Origin: Gemmatimonadales bacterium
GTDB taxonomy: Bacteria; Gemmatimonadota; Gemmatimonadetes; Gemmatimonadales; GWC2-71-9
DNA: 39,539 nt
Assembly (NCBI GenBank): GCA_035573235.1
Contig: DATMZX010000298.1
Location: forward strand, 1 to 39,539
Direction: 5' to 3'
Part shown: positions 18,156 through 25,956 of the stretch, one piece after another
Position numbering within the stretch: position 1 is the stretch's first letter
Layout of the letters: the number at the start of each line of letters is the position of its first letter
Made by a program: the position numbers and the translations under genes
Notes under the pieces: generated by a model
Databases searched by the model: none
Told to the model about the DNA's origin: nothing
What the model saw: the letters and a program-made list of their open reading frames with translations, nothing else

Positions 18156-19784
18156 GTGCCGGCGGTCCTCGGATTCATTCTCCTGCTGCAGGGCAGCGCG
18201 CCGCTGCGTGCCGGCCTGGACACCCTGTACAGCGGCGATTTCGAGCGCGCCGCGGCCTATTTCGCCGGGTTAGCCGCGCGCGACACGACCGATCCCGCCC
18301 CAGTGGTGTTTCAAGCAGGCGCCTACATCTGGTGGGCAGCGGCGCTCGATTCGTCGGAGTTCGAGCTGGCGCGCATCGATTCACTGCTCGATGTCGCGTT
18401 GCGGCGCGCGCAGCCGGCCGGCGCCGAGTTCTGGCGCGCCACCGCGCTCGGGTATCGCGCGCGCCAGCGGGAGGAGCATGGACATTCGTTCAGCGCGGCC
18501 AAAGACGCGAAAGCGATGCGCGATATCTACCGCCGGCTGCTCGCCGCGGACTCGAGCTGCGCCGACTGTTATCTCGGGCTCGGCGTCTACGACTACGGGC
18601 TCGCGCGCGCCGGCGCGCTCGCGCGGTTTTTCGCGAGGCTCATCGGACTGGGCAGCGGCGACGCCGAGCGCGGAATCCGCTACATGCGGCGCGTGGCGCA
18701 CGACGGCGATCTCGCGCGCGTGGAAGGGACCTGGGTGCTCGCCGCGGCGTTGATTCGGGAAGCCGCGCGCGACCCGAACGGCAGCGCCGTCCTGGAAGAC
18801 GAAGCGCGCGGCTACGTCGTTGGACTCGCCGCGCGCTATCCGGGAAACCCGGTCTTTCAACGTTTCTTACAAGAAGTCCCGGCTCGAACCTCAGCGCGTA
18901 AATCGGTACGAACGTCGCGACGTCCCACGCCTGCTGCGATTGCCCTGCCGGCGCCGGTCGGGCGGCGTGAGCGCGGCCAGCTTGCCCAGCATGTTGTGCA
19001 CGTGACTCTTCACCGTGTTCGTCGCGATGTTGAGCCGCTGCGCGATCTCCTTGTTGCCGAGGCCGGCCGCGATCAACTCTTTGATCTCCTGCTCGCGCTT
19101 GGTGAGACGCACCGCACCGCCGCCCGGAGTCGTCGCCGCGCTGCCGGATTCAACGGCAGCGCGTGGCGCGGCCGGTGGCGGCGGCAGATCGGTTCCGCTC
19201 GCGACGGTGCGAATCGCTTTCGCGATGTCCTCAGCCGTCGCGTCCTTCATGATGAACCCGTTCGCGCCGCCGTCGATGAACTGCGTGACGTCCTGCTGCG
19301 CCGGCACGAAGTCCATCACGATCGCCTTCGCGTCGGGAGCGGTCTGCTTCAGGCTGGACAGGAACGCGTAGCTGTCGCCGTTGGCGAGCGCGGCGTCCAG
19401 CAGCACGACCTGCGGTTTGGCGTCCTTCAGCTGCTGCGCCGCGGCGGTGGCGCTCTCGGCGCTCGCCACGATGTCGACGTCCGGATACGCGCTGAGCAGG
19501 CGCGCCAGGCCGTCACGCATCAGACGATTGTCCTCGACGACGAGGACACGAATACGCGTCGCGGGGACCGGCGCAGAAGCCGCACGACGCTCCGCCCGGC
19601 GACGGTTCAACGAACCTTCACGCTCGACTGCTCGGTTATCGATTCCGCGCCTGCGTTGGGCCGATACCCGACGCTCGACACGGCGAATGGTCCAAGGCAC
19701 ACTCCACCCCCGTTCTTGGACGTAATGTATTTTTCGGGAGGATGCAGCGGCATTACTCATGGGGATGAGGCCGCTCATGCCTAA
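18156..19784 (+). CDS. Hypothetical TPR-like protein; only the first ~245 codons look genuinely coding
   Basis: GTG lies 1 nt after the mrp stop. Codons up to about 18885 have the high GC3 and normal composition of a real gene (...GNPVFQRFLQEV). There is no in-frame stop until 19784, so the formal ORF runs codon-for-codon antisense through the response-regulator gene. The true 3' end is unresolved. Confidence 0.4.
   Translation: MPAVLGFILLLQGSAPLRAGLDTLYSGDFERAAAYFAGLAARDTTDPAPVVFQAGAYIWWAAALDSSEFELARIDSLLDVALRRAQPAGAEFWRATALGYRARQREEHGHSFSAAKDAKAMRDIYRRLLAADSSCADCYLGLGVYDYGLARAGALARFFARLIGLGSGDAERGIRYMRRVAHDGDLARVEGTWVLAAALIREAARDPNGSAVLEDEARGYVVGLAARYPGNPVFQRFLQEVPARTSARKSVRTSRRPTPAAIALPAPVGRRERGQLAQHVVHVTLHRVRRDVEPLRDLLVAEAGRDQLFDLLLALGETHRTAARSRRRAAGFNGSAWRGRWRRQIGSARDGANRFRDVLSRRVLHDEPVRAAVDELRDVLLRRHEVHHDRLRVGSGLLQAGQERVAVAVGERGVQQHDLRFGVLQLLRRGGGALGARHDVDVRIRAEQARQAVTHQTIVLDDEDTNTRRGDRRRSRTTLRPATVQRTFTLDCSVIDSAPALGRYPTLDTANGPRHTPPPFLDVMYFSGGCSGITHGDEAAHA
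18891..19610 (-). CDS. NarL/FixJ-family response regulator (receiver + LuxR-type HTH)
   Basis: Receiver domain: RIRVLVVEDN, VVLLDAAL, GFIMKDAT. HTH: LTKREQEIKELIAAGLGNKEIAQRLNIATNTVKSHVHNMLGKL. The start is uncertain. I chose TTG 19610 (GAAGG 4 nt upstream). Alternatives are GTG 19700 and ATG 19760, but codons upstream of 19610 have low GC3. The last ~25 codons are Arg-rich and atypical for this family. Confidence 0.8.
   Translation of the reverse strand: MNRRRAERRAASAPVPATRIRVLVVEDNRLMRDGLARLLSAYPDVDIVASAESATAAAQQLKDAKPQVVLLDAALANGDSYAFLSSLKQTAPDAKAIVMDFVPAQQDVTQFIDGGANGFIMKDATAEDIAKAIRTVASGTDLPPPPAAPRAAVESGSAATTPGGGAVRLTKREQEIKELIAAGLGNKEIAQRLNIATNTVKSHVHNMLGKLAALTPPDRRRQGNRSRRGTSRRSYRFTR
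19611..19776. promoter_or_regulatory. Probable divergent promoter/leader region between the response regulator and the MASE1-GGDEF gene
   Basis: It contains one of the most AT-rich stretches in the window (GTAATGTATTTTTCGGG). It has short inverted repeats TCCAAG(19691-19696)/CTTGGA(19715-19720) and GTAATG(19722-19727)/CATTAC(19751-19756). No -10/-35 assignment was attempted. Confidence 0.35.
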
Positions 19785-21183
19785 TCCCCCATTCAGCTTA
19801 GGCCGGATGAGCCAATCATTACGCCGCATCCTCGTCCTGTTCGGCCTCGCAATCATTTATTACCTCGCGGCGCGCCTCGGGCTGCGATTCGCATACGTCA
19901 ACAGTTCGGTCACGACGATTTGGCCGCCGGCCGGAATCGCGCTCGCCGCCTTTGTGTTGCTCGGGTACCGCGTCTGGCCCGCGATTCTGCTCGCCGCATT
20001 TCTCGCGAACTACATGACGGCCGGTGTCGTCGTTCCATCGCTGGGGATCGCGGTCGGGAACACACTCGAGGGCTTGCTCGCGGCGTATCTCGTCAACCGG
20101 TTCGCGCGCGGCGGGCGCGTGTTCGATCGCGTGCGCGACATCTTCCGGTTCACGCTGTTCGCGGCGCTCGCCAGCACGACCGTCTCGGCGTCGATCGGCG
20201 TCGCCGCGCTGGTGCTCGGCGGGCTCTCGTCCTGGCACGAGGCGCCGCGCGTGTGGCTCACCTGGTGGCTCGGCGATGCCGTCGGCGACATCGTCATCGC
20301 GCCGGCGCTCATCATCTGGGTCGGCGTGCGGCCGGTGCCGGCGTGGACCCGCGCGCAGCTCATCGAAGGGCTCGTCCTGTTGTTCGTGACGATCGGGGTG
20401 GCGTACGCCCTGTTCGGCGGTGTCTTTCCGACGAAGCATTACCCGCTCACGGTGCTGCTCTGGCCCGTGATGATCTGGGTGGCGTTCCGGTTCGGCCCGC
20501 GCGAAGCGGCCACGGTGATGGTGGTGATTTCCGCGATCGCGATCGCGCGCACGCTCGCGGGCGTGGGCCCGTTCTCGGTCTACGCGCGGAATGAATCGCT
20601 GGTGCTGCTCCAGGTCTGGACCGGCATCACCGCCGTCACGAGTCTGGTGCTGGCCGCGGTCGTCGCGGCGCAGCGCGACATTCAGGGCACGTGGCGCGAG
20701 CTCGCGGTGACGGATCCGCTCACGGGACTGGCGAATCACCGCCAGCTCATCAATGCGCTCGAGTCCGAAATCCGCCGCTCGCGGCGCACGGCGCAGCCCC
20801 TCGCCGTGGTGCTCCTCGACCTCGACGGTCTCAAGCAGATCAACGACCGCCACGGGCATCTCGCGGGCAGTCTCGCCATTCGCCGGGTGGCCGAGGCGCT
20901 GCTGGGATCTTGTCGCGCCACCGACACCGCCGCGCGCTTCGGCGGCGATGAATTCGCGCTGGTGCTCCCGGAAACGGGGGAAGCGGCCGCCTGGCATGTC
21001 GCGCGCGGCGTCGTGGACCGGCTGGCCACCGACGCCGAGAAGCCGAACCTGTCGATCAGTGTTGGGGTAGCAGTGTACCCTGGTCACGGTGAGACAGTGG
21101 AGGCATTGCTGAACGCAGCCGATGTTGCGCTCTACGAGACCAAGGAACGCCGCAAGACGCGGTCTGCAGGTCTTGCTCCCTAA
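19777..21183 (+). CDS. MASE1-domain membrane diguanylate cyclase (GGDEF)
   Basis: MASE1-like N-terminal ~300 aa (SVTTIWPPAGIALAAFVLLGYRVWP, multiple helices) followed by GGDEF (LLDLDGLKQINDRHGHLAGS, RFGGDEFALVL). Candidate starts are 19759, 19777 (GAGG 6 nt upstream) and 19807. Confidence 0.85.
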   Translation: MPNPPFSLGRMSQSLRRILVLFGLAIIYYLAARLGLRFAYVNSSVTTIWPPAGIALAAFVLLGYRVWPAILLAAFLANYMTAGVVVPSLGIAVGNTLEGLLAAYLVNRFARGGRVFDRVRDIFRFTLFAALASTTVSASIGVAALVLGGLSSWHEAPRVWLTWWLGDAVGDIVIAPALIIWVGVRPVPAWTRAQLIEGLVLLFVTIGVAYALFGGVFPTKHYPLTVLLWPVMIWVAFRFGPREAATVMVVISAIAIARTLAGVGPFSVYARNESLVLLQVWTGITAVTSLVLAAVVAAQRDIQGTWRELAVTDPLTGLANHRQLINALESEIRRSRRTAQPLAVVLLDLDGLKQINDRHGHLAGSLAIRRVAEALLGSCRATDTAARFGGDEFALVLPETGEAAAWHVARGVVDRLATDAEKPNLSISVGVAVYPGHGETVEALLNAADVALYETKERRKTRSAGLAP

Positions 21184-21206
21184 ACTCACCCCACTAGGTT
21201 TGGAAC

Positions 21207-22145
21207 ATGGCCGACACTAAGAGAAGCATGAGTGTATCGACGCGTGCCGCGGATTCGCCCGCCCTGAGCGAGTCGTCCGCCGGCCTCCTGCGCGAGCTGG
21301 TCGCGCACCTCCGGCAGAATCGGACCCAGCTGCGCGAGGAATGGGCCCGTCGCATCACGCGCGCGGAGCTGCTGACGGCGATGACCGAAGAAGAAATCTT
21401 CGCCGAAGCCACGGCCGTGTACGACAACTACGTGGAAGCGCTCGAGACCGGAACGTTCGAAGCCCTGCAGGCGTATTCGCGGCGACTGTCGGAGCGAATC
21501 ATTCCGCGAGGCGTCGAAACGGACGAAGTCGTCGGAATCGTACTGCTGCTGCGTGACGTGCTCGCCCGCTCGCTGTTCAACAAATACCAGGACAACGTCG
21601 AAAAGCTGAACCGGATTCTCGACTCCTACGAGCCCGCGGCGAACCGCATCGCGAACACGGTGGCCGTCGGATTCGTCGAAGAGCGCGAGCGCATCATCCG
21701 CCAGCAACAGGAAGCCATCCGGGAGCTGTCGACGCCGGTGTTGCAGGTGCGCGAGCGGCTCCTGATTCTGCCGATCATCGGCGTCATCGATCCCCAGCGC
21801 GCCCGGCAGCTCACCGAGCAGCTGCTGCGCGCGATCCGCGCCAACCGCGCCAAAGTCGTCGTCATCGACGTCACCGGTGTGGCGGCCATGGACTCCGGGG
21901 TCGCGAACCACCTGGTGCAGACCGTCGAAGCGTCCCGCCTGCTGGGCGCCACCGTCATCGTGACGGGCCTGTCGCCCGAAATTGCGCAGACGCTCGTCAC
22001 GATCGGCGTCGACCTGTCCGAAATGGCGACGGTCGGTGACCTCCAGGGAGGCATCGAAGAAGCCGAACGCCTGCTCGCGGATCGCGCCGCGCCGACCTTG
22101 GGTTCTCTGGCGACTCGCGAGATCGCGCCGGAATCTCAGCGCTAA
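21207..22145 (+). CDS. rsbR: Stressosome sensor/scaffold RsbR-type protein (N-terminal RsbR_N-like domain + STAS)
   Basis: 312 aa. The C-terminal STAS domain has LSTPVLQVRERLLILPIIGVIDPQRA and VVIDVTGVAAMDSGVANHL (conserved Thr as in B. subtilis RsbRA DITGV). It starts 23 nt after the cyclase stop. Confidence 0.85.
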   Translation: MADTKRSMSVSTRAADSPALSESSAGLLRELVAHLRQNRTQLREEWARRITRAELLTAMTEEEIFAEATAVYDNYVEALETGTFEALQAYSRRLSERIIPRGVETDEVVGIVLLLRDVLARSLFNKYQDNVEKLNRILDSYEPAANRIANTVAVGFVEERERIIRQQQEAIRELSTPVLQVRERLLILPIIGVIDPQRARQLTEQLLRAIRANRAKVVVIDVTGVAAMDSGVANHLVQTVEASRLLGATVIVTGLSPEIAQTLVTIGVDLSEMATVGDLQGGIEEAERLLADRAAPTLGSLATREIAPESQR

Positions 22146-22157
22146 AGGGAGGGAGCC

Positions 22158-22565
22158 GTGGAAGTCCCTATTCTGCGGCAGGGGCAATATCTCATTGCCT
22201 CGATTCAGTCCGCCCTCACAGACGCCGACCTCTCCCATCTCCGCGAAGCACTGATCGCGCAGGTCGGGCGCTCGCGCTGTCGCGGCGTCATCGTCGACGT
22301 GACCGCTCTCGACGTCATGGACTCGTTCGCGGTCCGGACGCTGCGCGACATCGCGCACATGGCGCGCCTGCGCGGCGCCGAGACGGTGATCGTGGGCATC
22401 CAGCCCGACGTCGCGTTCGCGATGGTGCAGCTCGGTCTCACGCTGAAGGGCGTGGCCACCGTGCTGGACCTCGAGGAAGGCCTCGCGTTCCTGGACGGCC
22501 GCACGAAGGACCGCGGCCTCGACACCAGATTCAAGCGCCCGCCGAGCAACCCGCCCCGTGGGTGA
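22158..22565 (+). CDS. rsbS: Stressosome STAS protein RsbS
   Basis: 135 aa. GTG is preceded by AAGGGAGGGAG. VPILRQGQYLIASIQ...VIVDVTALDVMDSFAVRTL keeps the phosphorylatable Ser context (DMIDSF in B. subtilis). Confidence 0.85.
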   Translation: MEVPILRQGQYLIASIQSALTDADLSHLREALIAQVGRSRCRGVIVDVTALDVMDSFAVRTLRDIAHMARLRGAETVIVGIQPDVAFAMVQLGLTLKGVATVLDLEEGLAFLDGRTKDRGLDTRFKRPPSNPPRG

Positions 22566-22965
22566 AGAGCTTCGGCTCCCGATTGCCGCGGACGTCGATG
22601 TCGTCGAAGCGCGACAGCAGGGCCGTGCGCTAGCCGCCGTCGCAGGGTTTTCCAGCGGCGAGCAGACCGTCATTGCCGCCGCCATCTCCGAGATCGCGCG
22701 CAACATCCTGATGTACGCCAAGAAGGGCGAGATCACCCTCAGTCTCGTCCAGAACGGCGACCGTCAGGGTGTGTCGATCGTGGCGGTCGACCAGGGTCCC
22801 GGCATTCCCGACATCGATCGCGCGATGCAGTACGGCTATTCGACGTCGCACGGCGTGGGCGCGGGCCTTCCCGGCGCCAAGCGGCTCATGGACGAGTTCG
22901 AGGTCGACTCCGTCGTCGGGCGCGGCACGACCATCACGATGAAAAAGTGGCGGCGCGCGATTTGA
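22558..22965 (+). CDS. rsbT: RsbT-type serine kinase / switch protein (HATPase_c)
   Basis: 135 aa. It is near-collinear with B. subtilis RsbT (ISEIARNILMYAKKGEI...DQGPGIPDIDRAM..GYSTS.GVGAGLPGAKRLMDEF). It overlaps rsbS by 8 nt. Confidence 0.9.
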   Translation: MGEELRLPIAADVDVVEARQQGRALAAVAGFSSGEQTVIAAAISEIARNILMYAKKGEITLSLVQNGDRQGVSIVAVDQGPGIPDIDRAMQYGYSTSHGVGAGLPGAKRLMDEFEVDSVVGRGTTITMKKWRRAI

Positions 22966-23552
22966 AGATTGATACGGCGTTCGCGACTCTGCCGTTGCCG
23001 GGGGAAAAAGAGTCGGGCGATCTCTGCCTGATCAAGCGCGTCGGGGTCGGGACACTCGTGGCCGTCGTTGACGGCCTGGGTCACGGAGAGGAAGCCGCGA
23101 ACGCCGCGCATGCCGCCGTCGGCGCGCTCGAGCGCTACGCGCGCGAGCCGCTGTCCGATCTGGTGCGGCGCTGCCACGAGGCGCTGCTGGGATTGCGCGG
23201 CGTGGTGCTCGGCCTGGCGTATCTCGATCCGCAGGGCGCGACGCTCACGTGGCTCGGCGTGGGCAACATCGGCGGGATCCTGCTGCGCGCGGACTCGGGC
23301 AGCCGGCCCGCGCGCGTCACGCTCGTCCCGAGCGCGGGATTCATCGGCGGCGATCCGCCGCATCCCACCACGCGCTCCGTGCCGCTCGCGTTGGGAGACA
23401 CGGTGCTGCTCTTCTCGGACGGCATCAAGGAAGGATTTGCCGATTCGGTCGTGGTCACCAACACGCCCAAGGAGATCGTGGACTCCGCGATCAGCCGGCA
23501 TACCAAGGGGAATGACGACGCGCTCATCCTGGTAGCCCGCTACGCCCGCTAA
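22947..23552 (+). CDS. rsbX: RsbX-type PP2C/SpoIIE-family feedback phosphatase
   Basis: 201 aa. SGDLCLI...AVVDGLGHGEEAA...GVGNIGGILL...LFSDG matches the RsbX layout. GTG 22947 overlaps rsbT by 19 nt. TTG 22962 (a TTGA overlap) is an alternative start. Confidence 0.85.
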   Translation: MAARDLKIDTAFATLPLPGEKESGDLCLIKRVGVGTLVAVVDGLGHGEEAANAAHAAVGALERYAREPLSDLVRRCHEALLGLRGVVLGLAYLDPQGATLTWLGVGNIGGILLRADSGSRPARVTLVPSAGFIGGDPPHPTTRSVPLALGDTVLLFSDGIKEGFADSVVVTNTPKEIVDSAISRHTKGNDDALILVARYAR

Positions 23553-23619
23553 TCCGCCAGACATAACGTCAACTCCCGCGCAGGGCGGAGCACTGACGGT
23601 TGGGCCGCTGCGGCCCACG

Positions 23620-24903
23620 GTGCTGCGGCTCGCGGCACCCGCGGTCGCCATGATCGCGTGCAGTTTCTCGTTCAACCTGATCGATACGATCTGGGTCGGC
23701 CGGCTGATCGGACCGGCGGCGCTCGCCGCGGTCTCGACCGCCGGCTTCTACGTCTGGGTCGCGTTGAGCCTTGGTGAGATGGTGGAGATCGGATTGACGG
23801 CGGTGGCTGCCCGCCGCCACGGCGAAGGGGCGCCGGAGCGCGCTGCGCAGGCGGCGGCGGCGTCGGTGGTCTTCGCCCTGGGCTTGGGATTCATCGTCGC
23901 CGTGGCCGGGCTGCTCGTGGTCGATCCCATGCTGCGCCTGATGGCGGTGCCCGCCGATGTCGCGGTGCTCGGGCACGAGTATCTCTCGACGTGGCTGCTG
24001 GGCTGCCCGCTCGTGTTCGGCTTCTTTGCGATGGAAGCGACTTTCCGGGCCGCGGGCGACACGCGCACGCCGTTCCTCATGCTCGCGGGCTCGGTGGGGG
24101 TGTCGATCGCGCTCGACCCGCTGCTCATCGTCGGCGTCGGCCCGTTCCCGCGACTCGGCGTCGAAGGCGCCGCACTCGCCTCGGTCATGGTGCGCAGCGG
24201 CGGGTTTCTGCTCGGTTTGGGTCTGGCGCTGCGTCGCCGGCTGCTGCGGTTCAGCGCACCGGATTGGCGCGCGGTTCCGGTCGTCGTCCGCATCGGCATG
24301 CCGCTCGCGCTCGCGGGCGTGCTGCTCTCGGTCATCTACATGTGGCTGACGCGCTTTACGTCGCGCTTCGGGACGCCGGCGCTCGCCGCGCTGGGCATCG
24401 GACATAAGATGGAAGGGCTGGGATTCGTCGCGATCAGCGGCTTCTCGCTCGCGGCGAGCGCGCTGGTCGGGCAAAACCTCGGCGCGCGTCAGGAGGACCG
24501 GGCCCGGGAAGCCGTTCGATTGACCGTGCTCTATTGCCTCCTAGTGACGGCCACGACGGCCCTCGCGTTCCTGGTGATTCCCGAGCGTCTCGTTGCGCTG
24601 TTCACGGCCGACCCCGACGTCATCCGGGACGGGGTGTTGTACCTTCGCGTCATTGCGTTCGCGCAGATCGGCCAGAGCTTCGAGCTGATTCTCGAGGGCG
24701 CGCTCGCGGGGGCGGGCTACACGTTCTGGCCGCAGATCGTCAGCACGTCGCTCACCGGCCTGCGCATCCCGCTCGCGGCGTGGTGGTCGCGGGCATTCGG
24801 ATTGCTCGGCATCTGGGTGGCGCTGAGCGCGACGGCGATCGCGCGGGGCGTGGCGATGATCCTGTTCTGGAGAAGCGGCCGCTGGAGGACCGCGAAGGTC
24901 TGA
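23620..24903 (+). CDS. MATE-family efflux transporter
   Basis: 427 aa with 12 hydrophobic helices. It starts LRLAAPAVAMIACSFSFNLIDTIWVGRL, as in MATE/NorM proteins. The true start may lie slightly upstream (in-frame CTG codons). Confidence 0.85.
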   Translation: MLRLAAPAVAMIACSFSFNLIDTIWVGRLIGPAALAAVSTAGFYVWVALSLGEMVEIGLTAVAARRHGEGAPERAAQAAAASVVFALGLGFIVAVAGLLVVDPMLRLMAVPADVAVLGHEYLSTWLLGCPLVFGFFAMEATFRAAGDTRTPFLMLAGSVGVSIALDPLLIVGVGPFPRLGVEGAALASVMVRSGGFLLGLGLALRRRLLRFSAPDWRAVPVVVRIGMPLALAGVLLSVIYMWLTRFTSRFGTPALAALGIGHKMEGLGFVAISGFSLAASALVGQNLGARQEDRAREAVRLTVLYCLLVTATTALAFLVIPERLVALFTADPDVIRDGVLYLRVIAFAQIGQSFELILEGALAGAGYTFWPQIVSTSLTGLRIPLAAWWSRAFGLLGIWVALSATAIARGVAMILFWRSGRWRTAKV

Positions 24904-25640
24904 TGATCATCACGCTGCTCACCGATTTCGGCACGTCCGACAGCTACGTCGCAGAAGTGAAGGCGGTGCTGCTGTCCGCTGCCGCGAACGTCACGCTGGT
25001 CGATGTCAGTCACCTGGTGGCGCCCGGCGATATTCGCGCGGGTCAGTACTTGCTCAGCCGCACCTGGAAACATTTTCCGCGAGGGACCGTCCACGTCGCC
25101 ATCGTCGATCCGGGCGTGGGCACCGCGCGGCGCGCGCTCGTCGCGGAGTACGACGGTCATCGCTTCGTCGCGCCCGACAACGGGGTGCTTTCGTTCTTGC
25201 CGAAGGATGCGCGCTACGCATCGCTCCCGGTCGCGCCGTCCGCGGCGGCGACGTTTCACGGGCGCGACGTGTTCGCCCCCGCCGCGGCGCGCCTCGCGAC
25301 CGGCGCGGCGCTCGACGAGCTCGGCGAGCGCATCACCGATCCCTGCTACATGCCGCTGCCCGCGGCACGACACGATCACCTCACCGTCATCGGCGAGGTG
25401 ATCTACGTGGATCGATTCGGGACGCTCGTCACCAACATTCCAGGCGACGCGGTGCAGCCCGGCGCGCGCATTCGCATCGAGGATTCCGAGGCCGGCTCGT
25501 TGCGACGGACGTTTCGCGACGTGGCGCGGGGCGCGCTGGTGGCGTTCGTCGGGTCAGGTGGTACGGTGGAGATCGCCGTGCGAGACGGCAGTGCGGCGAG
25601 GACGCTGGGAGCGGGGGTGGGAGCGGAGGTTAGGGCGTAA
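24903..25640 (+). CDS. SAM hydrolase / S-adenosyl-L-methionine hydroxide adenosyltransferase family (DUF62)
   Basis: 245 aa from an ATG that overlaps the MATE stop (TGATG). It has ITLLTDFGTSDSYVAEVK, VAIVDPGVGTARR, APDNGVL and FHGRDVFAP blocks. Confidence 0.85.
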   Translation: MIITLLTDFGTSDSYVAEVKAVLLSAAANVTLVDVSHLVAPGDIRAGQYLLSRTWKHFPRGTVHVAIVDPGVGTARRALVAEYDGHRFVAPDNGVLSFLPKDARYASLPVAPSAAATFHGRDVFAPAAARLATGAALDELGERITDPCYMPLPAARHDHLTVIGEVIYVDRFGTLVTNIPGDAVQPGARIRIEDSEAGSLRRTFRDVARGALVAFVGSGGTVEIAVRDGSAARTLGAGVGAEVRA

Positions 25641-25647
25641 CAGCAGA

Positions 25648-25675
25648 TAGCGGCGCAGCTCTCGCTGCGCCGCTA
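25648..25675. terminator. Perfect 12-bp stem / 4-nt loop hairpin between convergent genes (probable bidirectional terminator)
   Basis: TAGCGGCGCAGC-TCTC-GCTGCGCCGCTA. It lies 8 nt after the DUF62 stop and 6 nt before the anti-sigma stop on the other strand. Confidence 0.7.
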
Positions 25676-25680
25676 CGTGG

Positions 25681-25923
25681 TTACGCTTTCCAGCTGTCCG
25701 ACGGCGTCGGCACCTTCACTTGCGCCATCACGCGATCGGCAAAGCCGGCGGTCGGTGCAAAGTGCGGGAGCTGCACCAGCTCCAGGATCACCTTGCGCTC
25801 GCGATCGGCTTCGACGCGGCACAGGGAGCATTCGGACAGGTGCAAAGCCCGGGCGGCAGGCAGCAGACCCTGGGCCCAGAGCTCGATTTCGTCGGTTGTG
25901 AGGTGAAGGGTGGTTTCAGTCAT
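25681..25923 (-). CDS. Short zinc-binding (ZAS-type) anti-sigma factor, no transmembrane segment
   Basis: 80 aa. It has an H-x3-C-x2-C motif (HLSECSLC). It lies 33 nt downstream of the ECF sigma gene on the same strand. Confidence 0.7.
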   Translation of the reverse strand: MTETTLHLTTDEIELWAQGLLPAARALHLSECSLCRVEADRERKVILELVQLPHFAPTAGFADRVMAQVKVPTPSDSWKA

Positions 25924-25956
25924 GGGGTGCCCTACGGCATAGGTTTGGGGCCGGTT

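Noticed and set aside
21186-22736. 516-aa ORF on the minus strand
   Set aside because: It is antisense to rsbR/rsbS, which have clear family motifs. Its product is Arg/Asp/Gly-rich with no recognisable domain, so it is a typical shadow ORF of GC-rich DNA.
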